DNA from: an uncultured Bordetella sp.
GTDB lineage: Bacteria; Pseudomonadota; Gammaproteobacteria; Burkholderiales; Burkholderiaceae_E
Assembly: GCA_964399635.1 (NCBI GenBank)
Contig: CAYNRU010000029.1
Span: forward strand, 879 to 64,878
Direction of reading: 5' to 3'
DNA length: 64,000 nt
Part shown: one piece after another, positions 47,297 through 56,266 of the stretch
Layout of the letters: each line of letters opens with the position of its first letter
Position numbering within the stretch: position 1 is the first letter of the stretch
Translations under genes and position numbers: made by a program
The notes under the pieces: model-generated
What the model saw: the letters and a program-made list of their open reading frames with translations, nothing else
Databases searched by the model: none
What the model was told of the DNA's origin: nothing

Positions 47297-48522
47297 GCAG
47301 CTCCGCGCCAGCCCTCGACTGGCACCCCGAAGCCCCGGCCACCCTGGCCGACCCGTACCCCGTACTCTCGCGCATGCGCGAGGAAGACCCCTGCCACTGG
47401 AGCCCGCGCCTGCGCAGCTGGGTGCTGACCCGCTACGGCGACATCAAGGCGATGTGCCTGGACAGGGACGGCGTGTCGTCCGATCGGCTGCGGCCATTCT
47501 TCGCCTCGCTGCCGGGCAGCGAAGCATCACGCATCGCCCACATCACACGGTTCCTGTCGCTGTGGATGGTCTTCAAGGATCCGCCCGAGCACACCCGGCT
47601 GCGCCGTCTCGCCGGCAAGGTGTTCAGCCCCCGCGCGATGCAGGCGATGCGGCCCCAGGTGGAGCAGATCGCAGCGCGCCTGCTCGACGACATCGGCGAT
47701 CGCGATCGGTTCGACCTGGTGGCCGACTATGCCGGCCCCTTGCCGTGCCTGGTGATCATGGCGATGCTGGGCGTGCCGGTCGAGGAGATGGCCAGGGTGA
47801 AGCGCCTGTCGGACGAGATCGCGCTGTTCATCGGAAGCTCGCGGACCAGCGCCGAGAAGTACGACACCGCCGAGGCGGCCACGTGCGAGATGGCGGCCTT
47901 CTTCCAGGGCCTCGTCGCCGATCGGCGTCGCGCACCGCGCGACGATGCGGTGAGCGAACTGGTTCACCTGCGCGATGGCGACGATGCCTTCACCGAAGAC
48001 GAGCTGGTGGCCACCTGCATCCTGATGCTGTTTGCCGGCCATGAGACCACCACCAACCACATCGCCAACGGCATGCTGGCGCTGATGCGCTTTCCCGATC
48101 AGATGCAGCGCCTGCGCGCCGACCCCGGCATGGCCGCTGCGGCGGTGGAGGAGCTGTTGCGCTACGACGGACCGTCGGGCGCGCAGGTGCGCATCGTCTC
48201 GCGGCCACTGCAGCTGCACGGCAAGACGCTCGAACCCGGCCAGCGCGTGTTCATGATGCTCAATGCCGCCAACCGCGACCCGCAGGCCTATCCCGATCCC
48301 GATCGACTCGACCTCGGCCGCGATGGCCTGCCGCACCTGGCCTTCGGTTTCGGCGGGCACATCTGCCTGGGCTTTCCGCTGGCGCGCACCGAGGGCGCCG
48401 TGGCCATCCCGGCGCTGCTGCAGCGCTATGCCCGGCTCGAACCCACGGTCGAGCCGGAGTGGATCAACTCGCTGGTGTTTCGCGGCATGAAGGCCTTGCC
48501 TGTAGCCGTGAAGCGCGCCTGA
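47287..48522 (+). CDS. Cytochrome P450
   Basis: Heme-binding FGFGGHICLGFPLA, the I-helix LFAGHETT, and ELLRY (ExxR). It overlaps the upstream gene by 10 nt. Confidence 0.9.
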   Translation: MPMSSSAPALDWHPEAPATLADPYPVLSRMREEDPCHWSPRLRSWVLTRYGDIKAMCLDRDGVSSDRLRPFFASLPGSEASRIAHITRFLSLWMVFKDPPEHTRLRRLAGKVFSPRAMQAMRPQVEQIAARLLDDIGDRDRFDLVADYAGPLPCLVIMAMLGVPVEEMARVKRLSDEIALFIGSSRTSAEKYDTAEAATCEMAAFFQGLVADRRRAPRDDAVSELVHLRDGDDAFTEDELVATCILMLFAGHETTTNHIANGMLALMRFPDQMQRLRADPGMAAAAVEELLRYDGPSGAQVRIVSRPLQLHGKTLEPGQRVFMMLNAANRDPQAYPDPDRLDLGRDGLPHLAFGFGGHICLGFPLARTEGAVAIPALLQRYARLEPTVEPEWINSLVFRGMKALPVAVKRA

Positions 48523-48751
48523 TCTGCGGGCGCGGAAACGTCCTGCGCCGAAGGCCTGACCTGGGCGACTGGTGACCTTCCGCGGCACCGTGTGCCGCTT
48601 CGTGTAGGACGAGCTGCTGCTGCAGCATGCGCGATGGGGGCCGGCAAGGCCGTGTCATGGGCCGGACGCCGAACGCGTCTATTCTGGAGTTGCGGGCGCG
48701 CGGTGCCTGCGGCCTGCGCAGGCGGGTCCCTTCCCGGATGGAGCTAGCGAA

Positions 48752-49090
48752 GTGAGCCACCTGAACAAGCGAGACCGCATGCGGATCCTCGAGCTGTCGG
48801 CAGCGATCGCGGCCGAGGCGTCGTGCAACCCGAACGTCGTATTCATGATCGAGTTCCAGGAGATGCTGATCGAGGCGACGTATCGAAAGATGGTTGCGCT
48901 GCTCGAGGCCGACCTGAACGAGCGCGACAACGACCAGCCGGACGGTGCGCGCGACGCCGACGATTCGGAGGCAGCCGCAGGCAAGACCCCGGGCCCGATC
49001 AGCGTGTGGCGCCAGGAGGCGATCGAGCAGGCCGCCGCCACCGCGCCGACCGCCAAGCGCTCGAGGGCGCGCAAACCGGTAAGCGGTTGA
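48752..49090 (+). CDS. Hypothetical acidic protein (112 aa)
   Basis: GTG start preceded by GGAG. Coding-like GC3. No recognisable motif. Confidence 0.45.
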   Translation: MSHLNKRDRMRILELSAAIAAEASCNPNVVFMIEFQEMLIEATYRKMVALLEADLNERDNDQPDGARDADDSEAAAGKTPGPISVWRQEAIEQAAATAPTAKRSRARKPVSG

Positions 49091-49126
49091 CGCGTCCAGG
49101 CGCCCCGCAGACCCTGCCGTCGGCGT

Positions 49127-49993
49127 TCAGGGCGGCAGCCTGAGCAGGGGTTCGCCGGCGCGCAGCTGTGCGCCGGTGCACAGACCCTCGGCGAGTTGAA
49201 AGCCGCTGGGCGCAAAGACGACGATGGTGGAGCCGTGCTCGAACCAGCCCAGCTCGTCGCCCTTGCCGTGGACCAGGCGGCACGGGAACTCGGTGGGACC
49301 GCGACGCCCCGCGCGCAGCACGAGGTCGAGCCCATGCAGCCTGATTCCGGCCACCAGGATCGCGGCGACCGGCACCAGCGCGAACGAATGCCCGCCCGCG
49401 CCGAGGCGAGCGCGCACCACCGCACGCTCGTTACGGCAGAACAGCCGCTCGACCCGCGCGAGCGCGATCGGATTGACGTTCCAGGTGTCGCCGTCGATGT
49501 GGGTGACATGCTCGATTGTGCAGTCGTGCGGCGCGTGAAAGCGGTGGTACATCGCCGAGGTGAGCCGAAGCGTCACGTAGTACCCGCCTTCGAAGACGCC
49601 AGGGTCCTGCGTCGGGCCGAACAGGTCGGACATCCGGTACGGCATGCCCTTGGCCTGTAGCACCGTGTCGGCCCGGACCCGCCCGCAGGCGCCGACGATC
49701 CCGTCGCAAGGGCTCGCGAACACCCGTGGATCCGGGTCGAACGGTCGCGCGCCGGGCCGCAACTCGCGGGTGAAGCACTCGCGCAGGCTGGCATAGCGCC
49801 GCGGCATCGCGTCCGACAGGTCCAGGTCGGTGAAGAGCCGCCACACTGCGATCGACAGCCGCGTCAGCAGCGGACTGCGGACACGGCTGAGCGCGCCCAC
49901 CGCGCGCGTCAGCGCGATCCTCGGCACGCGGTTGGTCAGCAGGAAATTGAGGTCCTCCTGCATCAGGATGCGACGCAGCCTCCGGGCATTCAT
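49127..49993 (-). CDS. psd: Phosphatidylserine decarboxylase-family proenzyme (short, archaetidylserine-decarboxylase-like type)
   Basis: ATG 49993 in the frame of track ORF 49127..50167. Self-cleavage motif FEHGSTIVVF and the conserved YHRFHAP. Confidence 0.8.
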   Translation of the reverse strand: MNARRLRRILMQEDLNFLLTNRVPRIALTRAVGALSRVRSPLLTRLSIAVWRLFTDLDLSDAMPRRYASLRECFTRELRPGARPFDPDPRVFASPCDGIVGACGRVRADTVLQAKGMPYRMSDLFGPTQDPGVFEGGYYVTLRLTSAMYHRFHAPHDCTIEHVTHIDGDTWNVNPIALARVERLFCRNERAVVRARLGAGGHSFALVPVAAILVAGIRLHGLDLVLRAGRRGPTEFPCRLVHGKGDELGWFEHGSTIVVFAPSGFQLAEGLCTGAQLRAGEPLLRLPP

Positions 49994-50046
49994 GAGGCTG
50001 TCAACCGGGCCGGGTAAACGATGACTTTCCCGATGACGGCTCGCAC

Positions 50047-51693
50047 ATGGACTATCCCCTCGCTCTGACCGCGCTCGCCCTGGGTGCAGGGTTGTTGTCG
50101 CTGCCCCGCGCCCGGCGCAGGCTCGAACTGTCCCGCGCCAAGCACCGTTCTCTGGCCGGCCATGCACGGATCGCCCGCATGGTCACCGCGCGCATCCCGG
50201 GCTACGCGTACGACCGCGACCGGTTCTTCGATGTCGACGGCGCGACCGCGGATGTGAGCAAGCGGCGGCGCCGCGGGTTCGGGCGCTTGTGCGACGAGTT
50301 CGCCGAGCGGTTCCCGCGGAGCATCGCGATGACCGACCGGGCCGCCGAGTCGCTGTCCGACCTGCAGTTCACCTCGCGCTATCGCGTGCCCTTCCCGTTC
50401 GCGCCGTACCTGCGTGCCCATCTGAAGTCCGGAAACGTCATGCTCGCGTCGCACGGATCGATGCTCGAGGACCTCGACGGCAACCGATTCCACGACCTGA
50501 GCGGCTCGTACGGCGTGAACCTGCTCGGCAACGACTTCTACAAGGAGTGCATCGACCAGGGCGCCGCGCGCGTGCGCGAACTCGGGCCGATGCTGGGCGC
50601 GCTGCACCCGTGCGTCATCGGCAACGCCGAGCGAATCCGCGAGCTCGCCGGCCTGGATGAAGTGTCCTTCCACATGTCCGGCACCGAGGCGGTGATGCAG
50701 GCGGTGAGGCTGGCCCGCTACCACACGCGGCGCTCGCATGTGGTTCGCTTCACCGGCTCGTACCACGGTTGGTGGGAGGACGTCCAGCCGGGGCCGGGCA
50801 ATCCGTCGCCGGTGCGCGAGACCTACACGCTGCGCGATTGCGACGACCGCACGCTGCGGGTGTTGCGTACTCGAAAGGACATCGCCTGCGTGCTGGTGAA
50901 TCCGCTGCAGGCGCTGCATCCGAATGCGGTGGCGCCGGGCGACGGGTCGCTGGTCGACAGTTCGCGACATGCCGGCGTGGATCGCGCCGCTTACGCCGCC
51001 TGGCTGCAACGCCTGCGCGAGGTCTGCACCGAGCGCGGCATCGTGCTGATCTTCGACGAGGTGTTCACCGGATTCCGACTGGCGATGCGCGGCGCACAGG
51101 AGTACTTCGGCGTGCAGGCCGACATGGTCACCTACGGCAAGACGCTGGGCGGCGGACTGCCGGTGGGCGTGGTGTGCGGGCGTTCGGCGCTGATGCGACG
51201 GTTCCGCGAGGACCGGCCGGCCGATATCTGCTTTGCGCGCGGCACGTTCAACGCCCATCCCTATGTGATGGGCGCGATGTCGGTCTTCCTCGACCGAATC
51301 GCGCAACCGGATGTGCATGCGCTCTACGACGGACTCGACGCCCGCTGGAATGCCCGCGCGGCCACCTTGAACGCGCGCCTGGAGGCGGCCGGCCTGCCGG
51401 TGAGGGTGGCCGCGCTGACCACGATCTGGACAGTGCTCTACACGCAGCCGTCGCGTTACAACTGGATGCTGCAGTTCTACCTCCGTGCACACGGGCTGTG
51501 GCTGAGCTGGGTGGGCACAGGGCGGCTGATCTTCGGCATCGGACTGGACGACGCCCGGTTCGAGGAGATCTCGGCCCGGTTCGTCGCCGCCTGCGAAACG
51601 ATGCGCGCCGACGGCTGGTGGGACGGGCCGTCGACGCAGAACCGGGCGATCCGCCGGTCGCTGCTGCGCGAAATGCTGAGAACGCCGCGCTGA
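50047..51693 (+). CDS. Glutamate-1-semialdehyde aminomutase (HemL)-like class-III PLP enzyme with an N-terminal extension of about 130 aa
   Basis: HemL-like core: FHMSGTEAVMQAVRLARYHT, FTGSYHGWW, LIFDEVFTGFR, and the PLP lysine context YGKTLGGGLPVG. The N-terminus MDYPLALTALALGAGLLSLP is hydrophobic. Confidence 0.8.
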   Translation: MDYPLALTALALGAGLLSLPRARRRLELSRAKHRSLAGHARIARMVTARIPGYAYDRDRFFDVDGATADVSKRRRRGFGRLCDEFAERFPRSIAMTDRAAESLSDLQFTSRYRVPFPFAPYLRAHLKSGNVMLASHGSMLEDLDGNRFHDLSGSYGVNLLGNDFYKECIDQGAARVRELGPMLGALHPCVIGNAERIRELAGLDEVSFHMSGTEAVMQAVRLARYHTRRSHVVRFTGSYHGWWEDVQPGPGNPSPVRETYTLRDCDDRTLRVLRTRKDIACVLVNPLQALHPNAVAPGDGSLVDSSRHAGVDRAAYAAWLQRLREVCTERGIVLIFDEVFTGFRLAMRGAQEYFGVQADMVTYGKTLGGGLPVGVVCGRSALMRRFREDRPADICFARGTFNAHPYVMGAMSVFLDRIAQPDVHALYDGLDARWNARAATLNARLEAAGLPVRVAALTTIWTVLYTQPSRYNWMLQFYLRAHGLWLSWVGTGRLIFGIGLDDARFEEISARFVAACETMRADGWWDGPSTQNRAIRRSLLREMLRTPR

Positions 51694-51699
51694 TCCGCC

Positions 51700-52308
51700 T
51701 CAGTCCCGGCGGACATGCTGCATCGGGTCGATCCGCTCGTCGCGCAGCAATGCCAGCGGCGCGCGCCAGTACATGCGCACGTCATGGAACGGATCGGTGA
51801 CGATCTTCAGGGCCCACACCAGTCCGATGCGCAGCGAGCGCGCACGCCACAACTGCAGCACGCGCACCGCGATACCGGCTACGCCCAGCGACAACCAGGC
51901 GATCCCCACGTCATGCAAGTACTGCGCCGGCGTGGCGGCCGGCTCGATCGCCCCGCCCAGCGAGGGCCACACCCACAGCAGCAGCGGCGCCGCCGCCCAC
52001 AGAGCCATCAGCACGACCTTGCGGCGGATGTTGTACCCGACCTTCACCGCCTCCTTGTAGGCATCGGTGACCTGGTTCACCTGATCGTAGCCGCGTGGCT
52101 CGAAGAAAAAGTGCCCGGCCTGGCGGGTCGTCATCGACACGCCCCAAGCCAGCAGCGCCGCACTCGCGGGATCGACGAACAGCAGTCCGTAGGCGGCGAT
52201 GAAGCACAGCGCGCTCACCAGGTGCAGCGACTGGTTGATGCGGCTGTGGTGATAGAAGCGATGGTCGTCCCAGCGCTGTTCGGCGAGTTCGGCGAGCAAG
52301 GCATGCAT
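51700..52308 (-). CDS. Membrane protein, DUF962/Mpo1-like (tentative)
   Basis: ATG 52308 in the frame of track ORF 51700..52863. FYHHSRINQSLHLVSALCFI is followed by several TM helices. The family call is from memory. Confidence 0.45.
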   Translation of the reverse strand: MHALLAELAEQRWDDHRFYHHSRINQSLHLVSALCFIAAYGLLFVDPASAALLAWGVSMTTRQAGHFFFEPRGYDQVNQVTDAYKEAVKVGYNIRRKVVLMALWAAAPLLLWVWPSLGGAIEPAATPAQYLHDVGIAWLSLGVAGIAVRVLQLWRARSLRIGLVWALKIVTDPFHDVRMYWRAPLALLRDERIDPMQHVRRD

Positions 52309-52470
52309 CAACTGGCTCCGGGTCGGGGTCTGAAGCCAGCAGGCCGAGGACGGCCCGCCGGTGACACTAGAATGACGCGCCTGCATGAAAATGGCGTGAC
52401 GACCGGCGCGTGGTGATCGAATGCACACCGGCGTCATCGTTTCGTTGCATCGGTGCGGCACCATCGGCAC

Positions 52471-53694
52471 ATGCCCGGTCCCGCACACCTCGAGCCCCTG
52501 ATCGTCGAGCGCTTTCGGCCAAGGCGACGCTCGCAGCGCGTCGCCGTGGTCACCGAGACCTGGCCGCCCGAGGTCAACGGGGTGGCCTTGAGCGTCGCGC
52601 AGCTCGTCGCCGGACTGCAGAGGCGAGATCACGAGGTCCAGCTGGTACGGCCGCGCCAGGGCTGCGACGGCGCCGGCGCGGGCATCGACGGCGCCGTCGC
52701 ACCCAGCGCCCAGGTGCTGACGCGCGGCCTGCCGATCCCGAGGTATCCCGAACTGAGGCTCGGTGTGCCCGAGCGCCGCACCCTGGTTCGCCTGTGGGCC
52801 GCGCATCGTCCTGACGTCGTCCACCTCGCCACCGAGGGCCCGCTCGGATGGTCGGCGCTGCACGCGGCGCGCTTGCTGAAGTTACCGGTCTCGTCGGACT
52901 TCCGGACGAATTTCCACGCCTACAGCGAACACTACGGGCTGGGCTGGCTGAAGGGGCCGATCGCGGCCTACCTGCGCAAGTTCCACAACCGTACGCTGCT
53001 CACGACGGTACCGACCGAGTCGCTGCGAATCGACCTGGACGCGCGCGGATTCCGCAACCTGCAGGTGGTCGCTCGCGGCGTCGACGTCGCGCGGTTCAGT
53101 CCAGAGCGGCGCAGCGCGACCCTGCGCGCCTCCTGGGGCATGGAGCGCCACGACGACCTGGTGGTCGGCTACGTGGGACGGCTGGCGTCGGAGAAGAACC
53201 TCGGCGTGCTGCTCGAGGCGTTCGATGCGATCCGCCGGGCGATGCCGCGGGCGCGGCTGCTGCTGGTGGGCGACGGTCCGTTGCGCGGTCAGCTGTGCGC
53301 GCTGCGGCCCGATGCGATCTTCGCCGGCCAGCGCGGTGGCGAGGACCTGGCCGCGCACTACGCGTCGTGCGACCTGTTCGTGTTTCCGAGCCTGACCGAG
53401 ACCTTCGGCAACGTGATACCGGAGGCGATGGCGAGCGGCCTGCCGGTCGTCGCATTCGACTACGCGGCGGCCGGGCAGCTGATCGGCGACGGCCGCAACG
53501 GCCGCACCGTCGCAGCTGGTGACACAGCGGCCTTCGTCGCCGCGGCCGCGGCGCTCGCGGCCGACGCGGCGCTGCGGCGCGAGTTCGGACGACAGGCTCG
53601 GCAGGTTGCCCGGTCGATCGGGTGGGACGAGGTCGTCGACCGCTTCGAGGCCCTGCTCGAGTCGGTGATCGCCTCGGCGGCTGCCCCCGCCTAG
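52471..53694 (+). CDS. GT4-family (GT-B) glycosyltransferase
   Basis: RVAVVTETWPPEVNGVA N-terminus and the E-x7-E region (FVFPSLTETFGNVIPEAMASGLPVV). Start is ATG 52471 or GTG 52453. Confidence 0.8.
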   Translation: MPGPAHLEPLIVERFRPRRRSQRVAVVTETWPPEVNGVALSVAQLVAGLQRRDHEVQLVRPRQGCDGAGAGIDGAVAPSAQVLTRGLPIPRYPELRLGVPERRTLVRLWAAHRPDVVHLATEGPLGWSALHAARLLKLPVSSDFRTNFHAYSEHYGLGWLKGPIAAYLRKFHNRTLLTTVPTESLRIDLDARGFRNLQVVARGVDVARFSPERRSATLRASWGMERHDDLVVGYVGRLASEKNLGVLLEAFDAIRRAMPRARLLLVGDGPLRGQLCALRPDAIFAGQRGGEDLAAHYASCDLFVFPSLTETFGNVIPEAMASGLPVVAFDYAAAGQLIGDGRNGRTVAAGDTAAFVAAAAALAADAALRREFGRQARQVARSIGWDEVVDRFEALLESVIASAAAPA

Positions 53695-53769
53695 ATCGGA
53701 CAGCGGCCGCGCGGCATGCTGACGTCTGCGTCAAGGCGATGTCATGTTGCGGCTTCACAATCGAATCGC

Positions 53770-54936
53770 ATGAAGCGGATCGACCTCATCTATTTCGATG
53801 CCGGCGGCGGACACCGTGCCGCGGCGCGCGCGCTGCAGGCGGCGATCACGCAGCAACTGCGGCCATGGCAGGTGCGTCTGGTGCATCTGATGCATGTGCT
53901 GGATCCGCAGCGGCGCTTCGAGCGGCTTACCAGCAGGGATCCCGAGTTTCTCTACAACTGGCGTCTCCAGCGAGGATGGACGCTCGGACTCGAACCCGAG
54001 CTGCGTCTGCTGCAAGGGGTCATCCGCGCGGGCCACCCGCTGCTGCTGCGGGCGCTGCGCCGCCACTGGTCGGGCAGCGAGCCGCCCGACCTGGTGGTGT
54101 CGCTCGTTCCCAACTTCAACCGAGCGCTGCGCCAGTCGCTGGCCGACGTGCTGCCGGGCGTGCCCTTCGTCACCGTGATGACCGACCTGGCCGACTTGCC
54201 GCCGCGGTTCTGGATCGAGTCCGGCATCGACCAGCACCTGGTGTGCGGTACCGACCGCGCCGTGGCGCAGGCTCGCGCCGCGGGCTATGGTCCGGACCGG
54301 ATCCATCGCACCAGCGGCATGATCATCCGGCCCGAGTTCTATCGGACGACGGCGACGGATCGGGGCTCGGTGCTCTCTGCGCTCGGCCTCGACCCCAGGC
54401 GCCCCACCGGTGTGGTGATGTTCGGCGGCTACGGGTCGCCCCAGATGGCGCGGATCGCCCGTCGACTGGACGACCAGCAGCTGGTGCTGATGTGCGGCCA
54501 CAACGCACGACTGGCCGAAGCGCTGCGCGCGATGACCCGGTCGGCCCCGCACGCGGTGCTCGGCTTCACCGCCGACGTGCAGCGCTACATGCGAGCGGCC
54601 GACTGGTTCGTCGGCAAGCCCGGTCCCGGTGCCTTGAGCGAGGCGCTGCAGTGCGCGCTGCCGGTGATCACCTTCCGAAATGCCTGGACCATGCCGCAGG
54701 AGCGGTTCAACACCGAGTGGATCGAGCAGCAAGGGCTCGGGCTGGTGATCGAGTCGGCGCGCGAGCTCCCGATGGCGCTGGCGACGCTCCTGGCCGAGCT
54801 GTCGAGTTACCGCAACCGGGTGACCCGCATCGAGAACCGTGCGGTGTTCGAGCTGCCCGGCATCCTGGACCGGATCATGACGGACCGCGCCGGCACCCGA
54901 ACCGCCCGACGCGCCGGTCTCGGGATTGCCGCATGA
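53770..54936 (+). CDS. MGDG-synthase-like / UgtP-like diacylglycerol glycosyltransferase (GT28-type)
   Basis: ATG 53770. MKRIDLIYFDAGGGHRAAARAL, the later FTADVQRYMRAADWFVGKPGPGALSEAL, and the pattern typical of the MGDG synthase family. Confidence 0.7.
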   Translation: MKRIDLIYFDAGGGHRAAARALQAAITQQLRPWQVRLVHLMHVLDPQRRFERLTSRDPEFLYNWRLQRGWTLGLEPELRLLQGVIRAGHPLLLRALRRHWSGSEPPDLVVSLVPNFNRALRQSLADVLPGVPFVTVMTDLADLPPRFWIESGIDQHLVCGTDRAVAQARAAGYGPDRIHRTSGMIIRPEFYRTTATDRGSVLSALGLDPRRPTGVVMFGGYGSPQMARIARRLDDQQLVLMCGHNARLAEALRAMTRSAPHAVLGFTADVQRYMRAADWFVGKPGPGALSEALQCALPVITFRNAWTMPQERFNTEWIEQQGLGLVIESARELPMALATLLAELSSYRNRVTRIENRAVFELPGILDRIMTDRAGTRTARRAGLGIAA

Positions 54937-55009
54937 GCGAGGCGAGCGTGGGCGACGCCGCGCCCTCGTCCCTGGCCGACTCTGCGGCACCCCCTGCGCG
55001 CCAGTGCAG

Positions 55010-55735
55010 TCACGGCGCAGCGACCGCCATGTCCGGCAGCAGCCGCTCGTATTCGCTCCTCACGACCGCGTAGCACTCGCAGGCGCGCTTCTCGAGCCCG
55101 GCGCGGTCGAGCACCTTGATGTGCCCTCGCGCATAGCGGATCAGGCCGGCAGCCTGCAGCTTCAGGGCGGCCTCGGTGACGCCTTCTCGGCGCACGCCGA
55201 GCATGTTCGCGATCAGTTCCTGCGTCATCACGAGCTCGTCGCTCTGCAGCCGGTCCAGGCTCATCAGCAGCCAGCGGCACAGCTGCTGGTCGAGCGCATG
55301 GTGCCGGTTGCATACCGCCGTCTGGGCCATCTGCGTGATCAGCGCCTGTGTGTAGCGCAGGATGAGGTGCAGCACGTCCGACGAGCGCTCGAACTCTCTC
55401 TGGATGGCCCGGGCACGCATCCGATAGCCGCTGCCGGCGCTCTGCACAACCGCCCGGCTGGGGGTCGATTCGCCGCCCATGACGAGCGCGACACCGACGA
55501 GGCCCTCGTTGCCCACCACGGCGACATCGGCCGACGAGCCGTCCTCCATCACGTAGAGCAGCGAGACGATCGCCGTGGTCGGGAAGTACGCGTGGCTCAT
55601 CGTGCCGCCCGACTCGCAGAGAACCATGCCCAGGGGCAGGTCCGTCAACTCGAGAAGCGGCTCCCAGCGCCGCCATGCCTCGGGCCCGAGGGCGGCCACC
55701 AGATGGTTGTCCTGCGGGTGTGATGCTGCTGTCAT
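55010..55735 (-). CDS. Crp/Fnr-family transcriptional regulator
   Basis: ATG 55735 in the frame of track ORF 55010..55939. A cNMP-binding-like beta-roll and C-terminal HTH QELIANMLGVRREGVTEAALKLQAAGLI. Confidence 0.85.
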   Translation of the reverse strand: MTAASHPQDNHLVAALGPEAWRRWEPLLELTDLPLGMVLCESGGTMSHAYFPTTAIVSLLYVMEDGSSADVAVVGNEGLVGVALVMGGESTPSRAVVQSAGSGYRMRARAIQREFERSSDVLHLILRYTQALITQMAQTAVCNRHHALDQQLCRWLLMSLDRLQSDELVMTQELIANMLGVRREGVTEAALKLQAAGLIRYARGHIKVLDRAGLEKRACECYAVVRSEYERLLPDMAVAAP

Positions 55736-55937
55736 CGGTCTGCTCCGGTTGGGTGCGTCGGAGCGGGGCCGCCGACATGCGTTGCACGCCGGCGCCTGAC
55801 GCGCTGAGGACATCGGTGTGTGCGGTAGCGCACGTAGCGAGATCCGTGCCCGGCCGACAGCCCCGAGCTCCCGGGCGAGGGTCGCTATGTATTCCATCGC
55901 ACGGACGGCTGACCCTGCGCCCGGTAGCGTCTGCGGC

Positions 55938-56213
55938 ATGAATGCACGTCACCCCGATCCCTTTACTGCGTCGAGTCGGGCGTCGCCTGGCTGGAGCACG
56001 TCCTCTTTCGGGCACGCCGCCATTGCCTCGCCGGCCGAATTGTCCGAGCTCGGTGCGCACCTGCGAACCTGCTCCTGCGCGAGTGGGCACCTGTTCGCGC
56101 TCCAGTGCGGCGGCGAGGCGGTGCACGGCTTTCTGGCCGCGCGCATCGTCACCACGCTCGTCGTCGCGGCCGTCCTGATCGGCGCGTTGGTGACGGCGCT
56201 CCAGGTCGGGTGA
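55938..56213 (+). CDS. Possible small tail-anchored membrane protein (91 aa)
   Basis: In the frame of track ORF 55818..56213. High GC3 in the second half, a Cys/His cluster (HLRTCSCASGH...QCGGEAVH) and C-terminal TM IVTTLVVAAVLIGALVTAL. It overlaps the open upstream extension of the ndvB frame, so it is not secure. Confidence 0.3.
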   Translation: MNARHPDPFTASSRASPGWSTSSFGHAAIASPAELSELGAHLRTCSCASGHLFALQCGGEAVHGFLAARIVTTLVVAAVLIGALVTALQVG

Positions 56214-56266
56214 GACGGGCCAGCCTCTCACGCTGGGTGCCGGAGGCGTCGCCGTCGCTGTGCGAC

